Source: Zymomonas mobilis subsp. mobilis ATCC 10988 (GTDB lineage: Bacteria > Pseudomonadota > Alphaproteobacteria > Sphingomonadales > Sphingomonadaceae). From it: a DNA stretch of 31,692 bases. Of the stretch, positions 21,770 to 31,582 are shown in pieces. The stretch spans positions 1-31,692 of the forward strand of contig NC_017181.1 of NCBI RefSeq assembly GCF_000175255.2, read 5' to 3'. The position numbers and the translations under genes are program-made. Positions within the stretch are counted from its first letter, which is position 1, and every line of letters begins with the position of its first letter. Below the pieces are notes generated by a model, which saw only the letters and a list, made by a program, of their open reading frames with translations, was not told the origin of the DNA and did not search any database.

Positions 21770-24700
21770 TCAATTTTTATGGCTGTTTGAATCGATTTTA
21801 AAATCGGGACGCCATCGATAAAAAAGATCAAGACCTGTTTGCAAAGCCGCATAGGGCTGATCTGTTATATCGGATGGATTACGAGGCAAAATCTTTGAAG
21901 CGGCTTTCATCTTTTGTTGTTTCTCTTGTAATATTCCAAGAAAATCGGAGGTCGTTTTCTGGTCATATTGAGTGGCGACGGATTCTAGCCCCAAAGCGAT
22001 AGGAAAGCCTTCTTCCATTGCCACCGCATGGGGCGATGACGGTGCCAGAAAACGGGCATGATGCCATGATCGTCCTATTTCACGTCCAAGCGTAAATGTT
22101 AGATAAGCCCGAGCTTGCGGTCGTCTCATATCATGTAACCATCCTCGCCGTTCGGGGATATAGAGGAGTGAACCACTTGATCGCGCTTCGGCCAAGGCCT
22201 CCTCATCGATAAATTGGGGTGTTTCCACAATATTGAGTGCTTGAAAAGGGGGCGACCCAAAGCGACGCACTAGATGGTCAAGCACTAAGAGGGTTTCTTT
22301 ACTGATGGTATCCAAAGCCTGCCCGTGATTTTTACGGAATGTAAAGGTTATGGGGATAGGGGCTGATTTTGGATGTCGCCAAAGAAGCTGTTTCTTTTCT
22401 ACCCCTTTTACGGCGATGATCAGCGGATCAAGGGGGGCGTTATCAGCTGTGGCTTCAAGGATATGTTGTCCATCATGAATTTGCTCTGTCGAGGATATCC
22501 CGCTAGTATAGAGACGGAAGTCGGATGGTGCAGAGATTTTTATGTCGATCACGACACGTCCAGCCGAATCATTTAAAGCCGAGCGAGACGGATCATCAAC
22601 TGGCAACGGCCTTGATGGTAAATGATAGCGAAAGCGTTCATTTGTCTCTGCAAGCTCGCGTTTGCGATCATAATTCAAGCGCGGGAAGGCATTATTGTCC
22701 AATATGACAACATCCCGACCTATCGGCCATGCAAAAGCACCATCAACAAAACCCTGCCATCTCGAATGAAGCATAAAATCGATGGTTGTTTTTTCTCCAG
22801 CGGCCAAGGGATGATCGAACCGATAGATTTGAACCCGTTCCTGATGATCGTCATGGTGGAGAGAAAGACCCAGCGATTTATTGGCCAGTTTTAGGCGGCT
22901 ATTTTCAGGGATATTAACGAGAATAGCCGTGATCGGCTTTGAATCGGGATTGGAAACAGTCCATTTTCCTTGGGTCGTCAATAATCCTTTCGCGGGATTG
23001 ACTGAAGTTGCCAGTGCCATTTCTGTGATGAGTGGTCGCGGTTGGTTCCGCCATTGGCCATAAAGCTGTTCATATAGCGCTTGATCACGATAGTCTTCTT
23101 GCAAGCTCTGGGTATCGTTCACTTCATATAAGTCGCGATATATCGTGGCACCGGCTGTCAGCGTTACTATAAGCATGGCTGCTATGCTGGTGAGCGCTGG
23201 CCACTTTATGGTGATGTGACAGATCCGAATATAGAGGGGCTTTTGTTCGCCTCGAAGGTCTATATGGGAGGCCAAAACAACGATGATGCCGACTATTCCA
23301 AGCCACCAAGCTGCATAAAGCAGATGCCGCCATGTGTCGGCATCAAGCACTGAAAAAGCCGAAAAAATCATCGGCTGTGGCACGCCAAAAAGTGCTAGCC
23401 TTTCATTGATCGTGCCGGTTTCGTGCATGGCGATCCCGCCCCATAAAAGGATCAGGGGTAGTCCTTGCGCGAACAGCTTCTTATGCGTCAGAAGGTCAAG
23501 CGCCAGCGTTAAGATGCCGAATTCGATCAGCGGGAGAAAAAGATGTAAAAAAATCGAACGGATAAAATGCTGTGGTTCAGTTTCCAAGAAACCATTCGAA
23601 AATTGGAAAATGATAATCGACAGGCTTGGTAAGAGAGAGAATAATAGCGCCATATAAATAATAGCGATGAGCCGTCCGCCGATCAGGACGTTTCCGGGGA
23701 CGCTTGTCGCCGATATCAGGGACAACATTTTGCTCTCTCTGTCGCGTGCGGCAATTTCGCCCGCAAAATAAATCATCGCCATGGCGAGTATCATGTAAAG
23801 CGAAGGCTGGACGACGGTAAATAAATATTGGGCATAAGGGCGCATCTGGTTTTCGGGTAGCGCGTAGGCTGATTCAGCGCCCCATGCACTGGTGAGACCG
23901 AGCACAACCAAAGCGGCGACAATGACCCGAAAAACAGGTAATCGGATTGTGGCTGACCAGTGAATAGAGGCCAGATGGAGAAGAAGGCCAAGTCGGCTAT
24001 CGCTTTTGATATACAATAGCTGTCTCGGGGTATGTTTCCGGTGAGAAGATGACGGCGATGATTTCCGTCCTTTATTGAGCATATCTTCCAATCTGAAGCT
24101 GGCAGCTCCCCATATCAAAAAAATTGCCCCTATGGTGATCCAAATTATTCTGTTGCTGATAAGGATCATACTGGGACTAAGAAAATGGGCTGTTCTTTCA
24201 GGCATAGACCAAAATAAGGCCTGCGCATCTAGCGTTTGTTTCCCTATTGGGTCGATCAATTCAACCCATGTGTGATGGCCTGCTGAGGCTTTGAAACTGA
24301 CAAAGAATAAGGTGAATACCGCCATACTTAAAAGCGCAAAGCCGTAGCAAAATAGTAAGCGGCCTGAACGCGCTGCCAAGGCAAAATGAATACTGCCATA
24401 GATAAAACAGGCGGGTAGAACCCATATGATGGTCGCCCAGCCAATATGATTCCAGAGGGTGAAATGGCCAAACATTTGCCCGCCACCGAGAGCATGGGCG
24501 ATCCATGGTATGACAATAATCGTGACAGGAACGCTCATCATAACCATGACGGTTATGACCATGCCTGCCATATATTTTCCCCAGAAATAGCCCTCTTTGG
24601 AAATGGGTGCCGTATAGACAAGGGGTGCCATTTTGGTTCTGATATCCCGCAGCAGGGGAGCGGCCATCAACAAAGGCCCCAGAACCGCCACCCAAAAAGC

Positions 24701-24886
24701 CGAATACATGCCCCAATAATAAATGACAAAGCTGCCGTTATGCGGCACGCCGCCGCCGCCAAGATCGGATGTATCAGCACCAAGAAGTGCCGAGGCGGTA
24801 TAGCAGACCAATACAACCATCAGTAGCCATGGCACCCATGAACGCAAGCGTCGGCTTAATTCGTCTGAAAAAAGGCTCCAAAACAT
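21770..24886 (-). CDS. ABC-2-type polytopic permease fused to an M1-aminopeptidase-like domain lacking HExxH
   Basis: 1038 aa. The first ~560 aa are a run of hydrophobic helices. The C-terminal ~480 aa are soluble, with an M1-like segment FGSPPFQALNIVETPQF...TFTLGREIGRSWHH...AMEEGFPIALG (compare HExxHxW...NEGFA). The start overlaps the stop of the upstream ATPase gene (TGATG). Confidence 0.78.
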   Translation of the reverse strand: MFWSLFSDELSRRLRSWVPWLLMVVLVCYTASALLGADTSDLGGGGVPHNGSFVIYYWGMYSAFWVAVLGPLLMAAPLLRDIRTKMAPLVYTAPISKEGYFWGKYMAGMVITVMVMMSVPVTIIVIPWIAHALGGGQMFGHFTLWNHIGWATIIWVLPACFIYGSIHFALAARSGRLLFCYGFALLSMAVFTLFFVSFKASAGHHTWVELIDPIGKQTLDAQALFWSMPERTAHFLSPSMILISNRIIWITIGAIFLIWGAASFRLEDMLNKGRKSSPSSSHRKHTPRQLLYIKSDSRLGLLLHLASIHWSATIRLPVFRVIVAALVVLGLTSAWGAESAYALPENQMRPYAQYLFTVVQPSLYMILAMAMIYFAGEIAARDRESKMLSLISATSVPGNVLIGGRLIAIIYMALLFSLLPSLSIIIFQFSNGFLETEPQHFIRSIFLHLFLPLIEFGILTLALDLLTHKKLFAQGLPLILLWGGIAMHETGTINERLALFGVPQPMIFSAFSVLDADTWRHLLYAAWWLGIVGIIVVLASHIDLRGEQKPLYIRICHITIKWPALTSIAAMLIVTLTAGATIYRDLYEVNDTQSLQEDYRDQALYEQLYGQWRNQPRPLITEMALATSVNPAKGLLTTQGKWTVSNPDSKPITAILVNIPENSRLKLANKSLGLSLHHDDHQERVQIYRFDHPLAAGEKTTIDFMLHSRWQGFVDGAFAWPIGRDVVILDNNAFPRLNYDRKRELAETNERFRYHLPSRPLPVDDPSRSALNDSAGRVVIDIKISAPSDFRLYTSGISSTEQIHDGQHILEATADNAPLDPLIIAVKGVEKKQLLWRHPKSAPIPITFTFRKNHGQALDTISKETLLVLDHLVRRFGSPPFQALNIVETPQFIDEEALAEARSSGSLLYIPERRGWLHDMRRPQARAYLTFTLGREIGRSWHHARFLAPSSPHAVAMEEGFPIALGLESVATQYDQKTTSDFLGILQEKQQKMKAASKILPRNPSDITDQPYAALQTGLDLFYRWRPDFKIDSNSHKN

Positions 24887-25821
24887 CAGTTTCTCCTGTC
24901 ATTCTTTTGCAGAACGGCGAGAAAATAAGCGTCCTCTAAATCGGGTGTTTTGGGTGTAAAACCTTCTGCTGGTTGGGTTTCCGACTGAATGACAACCAGA
25001 TGTAATCCCCGATGTATTCTACGGAAAACAAGCTGTCCGCTTTTGGAAATTTGGTCAGCCCTTTCCCGATCGACCAAGGCTTGCCAAAGCTGCCCCGATA
25101 ATGACGCGGTTAATTTCTCGGGGTCCCCTTCCGCCATAATCCGACCTTGGTTGATAACCGCAATCCGGCGACAAAGATTGCTAACATCTTCGATAATATG
25201 GGTTGAAAGGATGATGGCGGTATTCTCGCCAATATTGGCAAGAATCTGATTAAATCTGTTCCTTTCTGCGGGGTCTAGGCCTGCTGTTGGTTCATCCACT
25301 ATCAGTAATTTGGGATGGCCGAGCAGGGCTTGCGCGACGCCGAAACGTTGACGCATCCCGCCCGAATAATCACTAACCGGTCTGTTTTTAGCCGCATCGA
25401 GATTGACCATTTCGAGTAATGTTCCGATCTGATGCTCTCTTTCAACGGCGTTCGAGATGCCTTTGAGACGGGCAAAATAATGAAGCAGCTCTTCTGCACT
25501 GGCACCCGGATATGTCCCGAAATCCTGAGGGAGATATCCCAGTTTTGCGCGCATCTCTCGAGGGGACGCGAGCGCATCTATTTCTCCCAGATGGATGCTG
25601 CCCCTATCAGGGCGTTGCAAGGTCGCGATAATACTCATTAAAGTCGATTTGCCGGCACCATTAGGCCCCAGCAGTCCGAAAATACCTGAAGGCACATTGA
25701 GTGAAACATTGTTCAATGCATGAACGGGATTTTTGCCGGGGTAGATTTTACTTACCCCAGACAATCTAAGCATTGATTTGTCTTTTTCTAGTTGAGGCAA
25801 TATAATCCTCCAATGTTTCAA
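24886..25821 (-). CDS. ABC transporter ATP-binding protein (ABC-2/DrrA-like)
   Basis: 311 aa. Walker A GPNGAGKST, signature YSGGMRQR, Walker B LLIVDEPTAGLD, and an H-loop STH. Confidence 0.93.
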   Translation of the reverse strand: MKHWRIILPQLEKDKSMLRLSGVSKIYPGKNPVHALNNVSLNVPSGIFGLLGPNGAGKSTLMSIIATLQRPDRGSIHLGEIDALASPREMRAKLGYLPQDFGTYPGASAEELLHYFARLKGISNAVEREHQIGTLLEMVNLDAAKNRPVSDYSGGMRQRFGVAQALLGHPKLLIVDEPTAGLDPAERNRFNQILANIGENTAIILSTHIIEDVSNLCRRIAVINQGRIMAEGDPEKLTASLSGQLWQALVDRERADQISKSGQLVFRRIHRGLHLVVIQSETQPAEGFTPKTPDLEDAYFLAVLQKNDRRN

Positions 25822-25841
25822 GTTTTATTTGATATTTTTGT

Positions 25842-27557
25842 TTAGGTTAATTTTAATTGTGTATTCCACATATTATAATAATATGATTTATTCTTGATCA
25901 AATCTTCGTGACAGCCTTCCTCTATTATAGATCCTCTGTCTAAGACGATGATCTTGTCGGCTGCTGTGAGTGTATTTAGTCGATGGGCAACCATGATAAC
26001 CGTCTTGCCTTTTATCAAGCTGCTGATGGCTTTTTGAACAGCATATTCCGATTCAGAATCCAAAGAGGCCGTCGGTTCATCGAGAATGATAATCGGGGTA
26101 TTTTTAAGTATGGCGCGGGCGATAGATATTCTCTGGCGTTCGCCCCCCGATAAAGATGACCCGACTTCCCCGACTAAGGTATCGTATCCTTGGGGAAGTG
26201 AACAAATGAAGTCATGGATATTGGCTGATTGGGCTGCGTGAATTAGCTCTTCTTCTGTGGCTTCGGGGCGACCCATTAAAATATTGGCGCGGATCGTATC
26301 GTTAAAAAGCCAGACATCTTGATAAACAATAGATAAAAGGCTGGATAACTGGCTTTGTGTCAGAGAGCGGATATCAACCCCGCCAATTTTGATTTCGCCT
26401 TTGGTCGGGTCTGCAAAACGGGCGATCAACTGAACCAGTGTCGTTTTTCCACAGCCGGAAGAACCCACTACACCCGTCAGAGATTCTGACGGTAACGCCA
26501 GATCAATATCGTGAAGAACAACCGGTGAGTCCGGATATTCAAACGTGACCTGATTAAAGTTGATGTCGAATTTTTGAGGAATGGCCTGCGGTTGGAGCTG
26601 GGGTAAGCCCTTGCTATTCAGAATATTCTTAATTCTTTGGAGTGAGATCTCTGCGATTTCAAATAATTTACTGATCGCCGCGATCGTATTGAGCGGTTCG
26701 ATAATATGAACCGCGATAATAACCAAAGCGACTGTTTTCGGAATATTTAAACTGTGTTTTTGGGCAAGACAGCCTGCAAAAGCGATCAGAATCACAAGGG
26801 CGAGTTGCACAATAAACTGACAGAGTGAAATATAACTGGCTGATGATTTGTTGCCGTGGCTTTGGATATCTTGTTGGTCATGAAAAACGGCCTCCAGACG
26901 AGGCGATTTCGCGCCAGCTTGCGATGTGGCTTTGAAAACCGCGATTCCTTTGACATATTCGATAATACGGGAGGCACTTTCTGCATCGGCTCTGTCAAGA
27001 TCGGCTGAACTACTATTGTAGATAGCCTGTATTTTATACAAAATCGGCAGCATGGCGATCAGCGAAACCGCCAGAATTAGTCCCATTCTGTAATCGAACA
27101 AGGTTATGGCGACCCATAACAAAATGGGTAACGAAACAACTTCAACAAAAATATTGGCTAAGGATGACAGGGCATTGGCGGCATTCATGACATTGCTGCC
27201 CATGATTTCAGAGAGGTCGCCGACATCTTTTTCTCTTAATTGCAATAAAGGCATTTTGTATAAAGCCTCGGCGAGACGAATTCTTTGTTCGCCGATGACG
27301 CATGGCCAATATTGGTAATTAAAATTCATGCTTTTGAGGCGGAAAAAGACTTCAACAACAATAGTTGCCGCATAAAAGCCGACCCATGACCATATTTCAG
27401 TATTCGGCTTGTCGTGGCATATCGCCATCATCAACGGCACCAGAACCGCATAGGATGCCACCTGAATAAGTGTCGCGATTATTGTATAGACAAGGGATCG
27501 CCGGAAATAACGGGCATAGCTTCCTGCAATCTCCATCATCAATTTATAAATTTTCAC
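25842..27557 (-). CDS. Fused ABC permease/ATPase half-transporter (YbtQ/IrtB-like, exporter fold)
   Basis: 571 aa. N-terminal 6-TM domain. NBD with GSSGCGKTT, LSGGERQR and IIILDEPTASLD. Overlaps the upstream gene by 4 nt. Confidence 0.88.
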   Translation of the reverse strand: MKIYKLMMEIAGSYARYFRRSLVYTIIATLIQVASYAVLVPLMMAICHDKPNTEIWSWVGFYAATIVVEVFFRLKSMNFNYQYWPCVIGEQRIRLAEALYKMPLLQLREKDVGDLSEIMGSNVMNAANALSSLANIFVEVVSLPILLWVAITLFDYRMGLILAVSLIAMLPILYKIQAIYNSSSADLDRADAESASRIIEYVKGIAVFKATSQAGAKSPRLEAVFHDQQDIQSHGNKSSASYISLCQFIVQLALVILIAFAGCLAQKHSLNIPKTVALVIIAVHIIEPLNTIAAISKLFEIAEISLQRIKNILNSKGLPQLQPQAIPQKFDINFNQVTFEYPDSPVVLHDIDLALPSESLTGVVGSSGCGKTTLVQLIARFADPTKGEIKIGGVDIRSLTQSQLSSLLSIVYQDVWLFNDTIRANILMGRPEATEEELIHAAQSANIHDFICSLPQGYDTLVGEVGSSLSGGERQRISIARAILKNTPIIILDEPTASLDSESEYAVQKAISSLIKGKTVIMVAHRLNTLTAADKIIVLDRGSIIEEGCHEDLIKNKSYYYNMWNTQLKLT

Positions 27558-29332
27558 GAGAGGCCTCCGGAATCTTTCTTGCCTTTATCGAGATGCCAAT
27601 GGCTGCTTTCTTGATAATGCTGCCATATTTCGGCATATTTCCCTTGTTTTTGTAGTAATTCGGCATGTCGTCCGCCTTCGACGATATGGCCTTTTTCCAT
27701 CACCAAAATCTGATCCGCATCCATGATTGTCGCCAGTCGATGGGCAATCACGATGACGGTCTTGTGCTGGGACAGCGTTTTTAAGGCCATTTGGATTTTG
27801 GCTTCACTTTCGGGGTCAACCCATGCGGTCGGTTCATCCAGAATGACAATCGAGGCTTTGGAAAGTAAGGCTCTTGCAATTGTAATCCGTTGTCTTTGGC
27901 CACCAGACAGACGGTTGCCACCATCGCCGACTTGGGTTTGGTAGCCTTCTTCCAGCTTGAGAATGAAGTCTTCGGCCTGTGCCATCTGAGCGGCTTTCTT
28001 GATCTGCTCATCACTGGCTTTGGGGTAGGCTAGCGCGATATTCTCGGCGACACTCCCTGAAACGAGAAAAGGTTCCTGAAAAACAAACGCAATATGCTGT
28101 AATAAAAGCTGACTGTTGATATCGCGGATATCAATATTACCAAGCCGGATTGATCCGCTGGTCACGTCCCAAAAACGGGGAATAAGGCGCGCAACTGTCG
28201 ATTTTCCTGAACCTGAAGCCCCCACCAAGGCGCAGACTGTTTTTTCGGGAACAACAAAACTGATATCATCCAAGGCGGGTTTTCGCGCGTCATTGTTATA
28301 GCTAAAGCGCACATGGTCGAATGTAATATCAAATTGGTGCGGAATCTGGGAATGCGCCGGTTCAGGCAAGGGCTTCATATCCAGTAATTCACAGATACGA
28401 CTGGCCGCAGCCTTTGCCTCGGAAAGCATTTGCGACAGATACATCAACGGCATCACAGCTTGCACCGGCAAGCTACCGATCATCATCGCGAGCAAGAAAT
28501 CACTGAAGCTGATCCAGTGGCATTGCAGCATAAAAATACCGCAGGCACTTATCAGCAGAAGTGTCGGTAACGGAGTAATGAAAATATTATTAAGTTTGCT
28601 GGATTGGCGTGAGAAAGCCAGCCAGACGGAAACCGTTCGAGTGAAGGTGTCTATAATGCCTTTAAAACGTTTTAAGGCTAGACGGTCGCCATCGAAAGTC
28701 CGGATGACCGGCATACCCTGCACAAATTCGATAACTGCAGTATTTACCGCTTCGCTGGCGTTATTGTAGCGTTTTTGTTGCTCGGCAAAATCACGGGTCA
28801 TAAAATACATACATAAGCCGATAACAGGCAGCATCAGGCTGACGACAAGGAACATTTTCCATTGTATAATCAGCAAAACAAGGAGCGCAGCCAAAGGTTG
28901 GCTAAAACCGACCCCGACGAAAGGTGAGGCATCTGCAACAGCAGCATGTAAGCCCTTTACGTCGTTATGCATGATTTTTTTGATACGTCCTGCGCCAAGC
29001 TGATAAATGTCTCCAAGAGGCAGGCTTGCCAATCTATCTGCAATATTTTCGCGTATTTTGACTTCTAGCCGATAGCTGGCTTCATGGGTGGTCAGATCAG
29101 CCATGCTTCGCAGACCAAATCCACCACTTAAGCCGGCTAATCCGCCAGCAAGATATATCCAAAAATTTTTCGTTATTGGTTCGAAAAGCTGCGAGACCGC
29201 ATAGGCACTAAGGCTTAGACCGATAACCGTTGAAAATCCCGCCAGAATACCGAGAATCATTCCTAAACGGATTTTTGATTTTACTATGGGTAACAAAGCG
29301 ACCAATCTGGTAACGACCTCAAACCCTCTCAT
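27554..29332 (-). CDS. Fused ABC permease/ATPase half-transporter (YbtP/IrtA-like, exporter fold)
   Basis: 592 aa. N-terminal TM domain. NBD with GASGSGKST, LSGGQRQR and IVILDEPTAWVD. Confidence 0.88.
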   Translation of the reverse strand: MRGFEVVTRLVALLPIVKSKIRLGMILGILAGFSTVIGLSLSAYAVSQLFEPITKNFWIYLAGGLAGLSGGFGLRSMADLTTHEASYRLEVKIRENIADRLASLPLGDIYQLGAGRIKKIMHNDVKGLHAAVADASPFVGVGFSQPLAALLVLLIIQWKMFLVVSLMLPVIGLCMYFMTRDFAEQQKRYNNASEAVNTAVIEFVQGMPVIRTFDGDRLALKRFKGIIDTFTRTVSVWLAFSRQSSKLNNIFITPLPTLLLISACGIFMLQCHWISFSDFLLAMMIGSLPVQAVMPLMYLSQMLSEAKAAASRICELLDMKPLPEPAHSQIPHQFDITFDHVRFSYNNDARKPALDDISFVVPEKTVCALVGASGSGKSTVARLIPRFWDVTSGSIRLGNIDIRDINSQLLLQHIAFVFQEPFLVSGSVAENIALAYPKASDEQIKKAAQMAQAEDFILKLEEGYQTQVGDGGNRLSGGQRQRITIARALLSKASIVILDEPTAWVDPESEAKIQMALKTLSQHKTVIVIAHRLATIMDADQILVMEKGHIVEGGRHAELLQKQGKYAEIWQHYQESSHWHLDKGKKDSGGLS

Positions 29333-29354
29333 ACGACCCTCGCAAATGTACCGG

Positions 29355-29375
29355 ATGGATAAGCCGGTTATCCAT
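29355..29375. other. Inter-cistronic palindrome ATGGATAA-GCCGG-TTATCCAT between receptor and ABC genes
   Basis: Perfect 8-bp arms with a 5-nt centre, in the 89-nt gap between the receptor stop (29422) and the ABC gene start (29332). Confidence 0.45.
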
Positions 29376-29421
29376 TCTGATTTATTGATTTTATGTTTTT
29401 TGAGTTTTTATTCTTGAAAGA

Positions 29422-31554
29422 TTAGAAACTGACACCAGCGCGCAAACCGATTTGACGCGGATTGGCTGCAACTACTCTTCCTGAAGGAACGCCACGCGTG
29501 TAATAACCGGAATCGGTCAAGTTATGACCGTAAATCGCGATACTCCAATGCTTCCAGCGTTTTTCTATCTGGGCATCCATAAGAAGATAGGGATCGTTTT
29601 CAACGTTGCTGCTGGGGTGAAGTGTTGATCTCCCCCGCCGTATAATGCTGGCATTAACGGTTAAATCTTTGATCACTGTCCATGCACCCGAAAAGCCGAA
29701 ATTGCTTATCGGAGTGGAATCCATCAATTCACCGCTATAGTCTTTTCCGCCATAGATAAAACGGTCATAAGCCGCATAGGTTAACCCAACAAAGCCATTC
29801 AGTTGGAAGTTATAGATAGGTCTCCAATGGACGGTTGCTTCCATCCCGCGAGAATGCGCCTTTTTTGCCGTAGCAACAACGGTTTCACCTAATTTGCTGG
29901 TTGCTGCGACTTGAAGATTAGAAAGAAAATTAGAAAAGCCGACAACTTCGATCGACCAAATATTTTTTTTGTCGCCAACCCTGTAACCCAATTCGATATT
30001 ATTTCCGTAACTGGAAGAATATGGCACCGAAGCTGTTTCGGCATAGTTGCTGAACGGATTATAGCCTGGAGCCAAGAAACTACGGGTATAGCTTAACCAC
30101 ATAAATTGTCGCAGCGATGAAAAATTCTTGGGACTATATTCTAGCTTGACTCCCGGAAGTGGTACTGTTTTCGATATCGTCTGATCAGGGAGTGATTGAT
30201 ACATGCTGAAAGCGGTGGGTACATCGCCGCTAATTGAACTCGTCCAATTTTTTAAAGAAGATTCAACATGTTCCACCCGAATAGAAGGCACTAATTTCCA
30301 GTTTTGAGCAAAATGCCATCCCAATTCTCCCATAAATGCAATTTCGGTTGTTCCCAAATCAGCGGTAGTATGGCTGATATAATAGGGAGACATATCAAAA
30401 TCATAAGGAGAAGATCGGAGGGCTCTTTGCCCATAAACACCGCCTTTCCAGTCCAGCTTCCCAAATGTCCCCGAAAGCATGAGAGATCCACCGATCTGCT
30501 GGGTCGGTGCCGAATTGCCTGAAACGGCATTAAAAACAGAGCGCGGATTCCAATATTTCCATTTCGTACCAACCCCGCCAAACATCGCATCGATATTCAG
30601 ATGCTCACTAAAACTCCGGTGATATTGGAGTGAACCTAATAGATACTCGGTATCGTTTTTACCTTGGTCGGTGCTGTAAGAAATATGTTTTTTCGCATTT
30701 TCTGGTATTTCAAAATAGTCGTTGCCGCCATGATTGATCATGTGATGCAGACTGATACGCCATTCTCCGCCTGAACTGTCTGTATGCAGAATTTTTAAGC
30801 GTCCCCACCAGCTATGCCAGCCGCCGGTATTATGTTTATCGAGTGCCTTGTTATGAATATAGCCGTCAGCAGTTTCACCCCCTAAGGCAAGGCGAATGCT
30901 GGTCGAGTCATTGACAGGAATATCAGCTGTAAAGGAGCCTCTTTTCCGGTTTCCTGTCCCATATTCAAAACTGGCACTTGCAGAAAGTTTATCCCCTGGA
31001 TCGTGTGAATGCGCGCTTATGAGACCCGCAAAAGCATTGATTCCTTCGGTAAGTTGTGCGCCACGCATCACATCTACATCAGAAAGATCAAATATTTGCC
31101 CTAAGGCAAAGCTCGGAACAGAAACGCCATCGATCAAAATCGGTGTATAGGAAGAAGAGCCATGATCTTCTGAACTCCCCATACCTCTGACAGTAACAAC
31201 AGGGTTACTGGGGGTCATGCTGGTAAAGGATAGGTTCGGAACACGCTCGGCAATATCGCTTACCGTCTGCATCCGGTAGGCTTGCATATCTTCAGCTGAA
31301 ATATGCGTCGAGCTTGAGGCCTGTGTTGAGATAGGTCTTTTTGCCGTAACAGTTATGTCTTTTGGTCTTAATAGAGCTTTATTCTCGGTTGTTGGCTTTT
31401 CTTTATAAGCTGAAGTCGTCTCTGCCTGTATCGAAGAAGCCGCTTCCACAGGATCGGTTATTATAAGGCTAGTCAAGGCAACACATGATAAGACGCAAAG
31501 GTGGTGTGTCTTATTAAAAGGACATTTATGAACGAGTGAAGCTTTGTTTCTCAT
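29422..31554 (-). CDS. TonB-dependent outer-membrane receptor (siderophore-type)
   Basis: 710 aa. Signal peptide ending VEA. Plug motifs ITVTAKRP and VVTVRGMG. Long beta-barrel ending in the canonical C-terminal aromatic residue (RAGVSF). Confidence 0.9.
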   Translation of the reverse strand: MRNKASLVHKCPFNKTHHLCVLSCVALTSLIITDPVEAASSIQAETTSAYKEKPTTENKALLRPKDITVTAKRPISTQASSSTHISAEDMQAYRMQTVSDIAERVPNLSFTSMTPSNPVVTVRGMGSSEDHGSSSYTPILIDGVSVPSFALGQIFDLSDVDVMRGAQLTEGINAFAGLISAHSHDPGDKLSASASFEYGTGNRKRGSFTADIPVNDSTSIRLALGGETADGYIHNKALDKHNTGGWHSWWGRLKILHTDSSGGEWRISLHHMINHGGNDYFEIPENAKKHISYSTDQGKNDTEYLLGSLQYHRSFSEHLNIDAMFGGVGTKWKYWNPRSVFNAVSGNSAPTQQIGGSLMLSGTFGKLDWKGGVYGQRALRSSPYDFDMSPYYISHTTADLGTTEIAFMGELGWHFAQNWKLVPSIRVEHVESSLKNWTSSISGDVPTAFSMYQSLPDQTISKTVPLPGVKLEYSPKNFSSLRQFMWLSYTRSFLAPGYNPFSNYAETASVPYSSSYGNNIELGYRVGDKKNIWSIEVVGFSNFLSNLQVAATSKLGETVVATAKKAHSRGMEATVHWRPIYNFQLNGFVGLTYAAYDRFIYGGKDYSGELMDSTPISNFGFSGAWTVIKDLTVNASIIRRGRSTLHPSSNVENDPYLLMDAQIEKRWKHWSIAIYGHNLTDSGYYTRGVPSGRVVAANPRQIGLRAGVSF

Positions 31555-31563
31555 TCATTTATT

Positions 31564-31582
31564 GATAGTGATTGTTATTATC
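31564..31582. promoter_or_regulatory. Fur-box-like operator upstream of TonB-dependent receptor 2
   Basis: The minus-strand reading GATAATAACAATCACTATC matches the 19-bp Fur consensus GATAATGATAATCATTATC at 16/19 positions. It lies 10-28 nt upstream of the receptor ATG. Confidence 0.55.

Noticed and set aside
22373-24826. Many 60-151-aa ORFs overlapping the permease/M1-like gene on both strands
   Set aside because: Shadow ORFs of a 3.1-kb gene. Their Arg/His/Cys-rich translations are typical of out-of-frame reading.
25302-31150. Short ORFs overlapping the ABC and receptor 2 genes (e.g. 25302-25577, 26792-26998, 27723-27944, 28116-28301, 30291-30590, 30896-31150)
   Set aside because: All are nested within confidently assigned genes carrying canonical Walker/signature or beta-barrel motifs.
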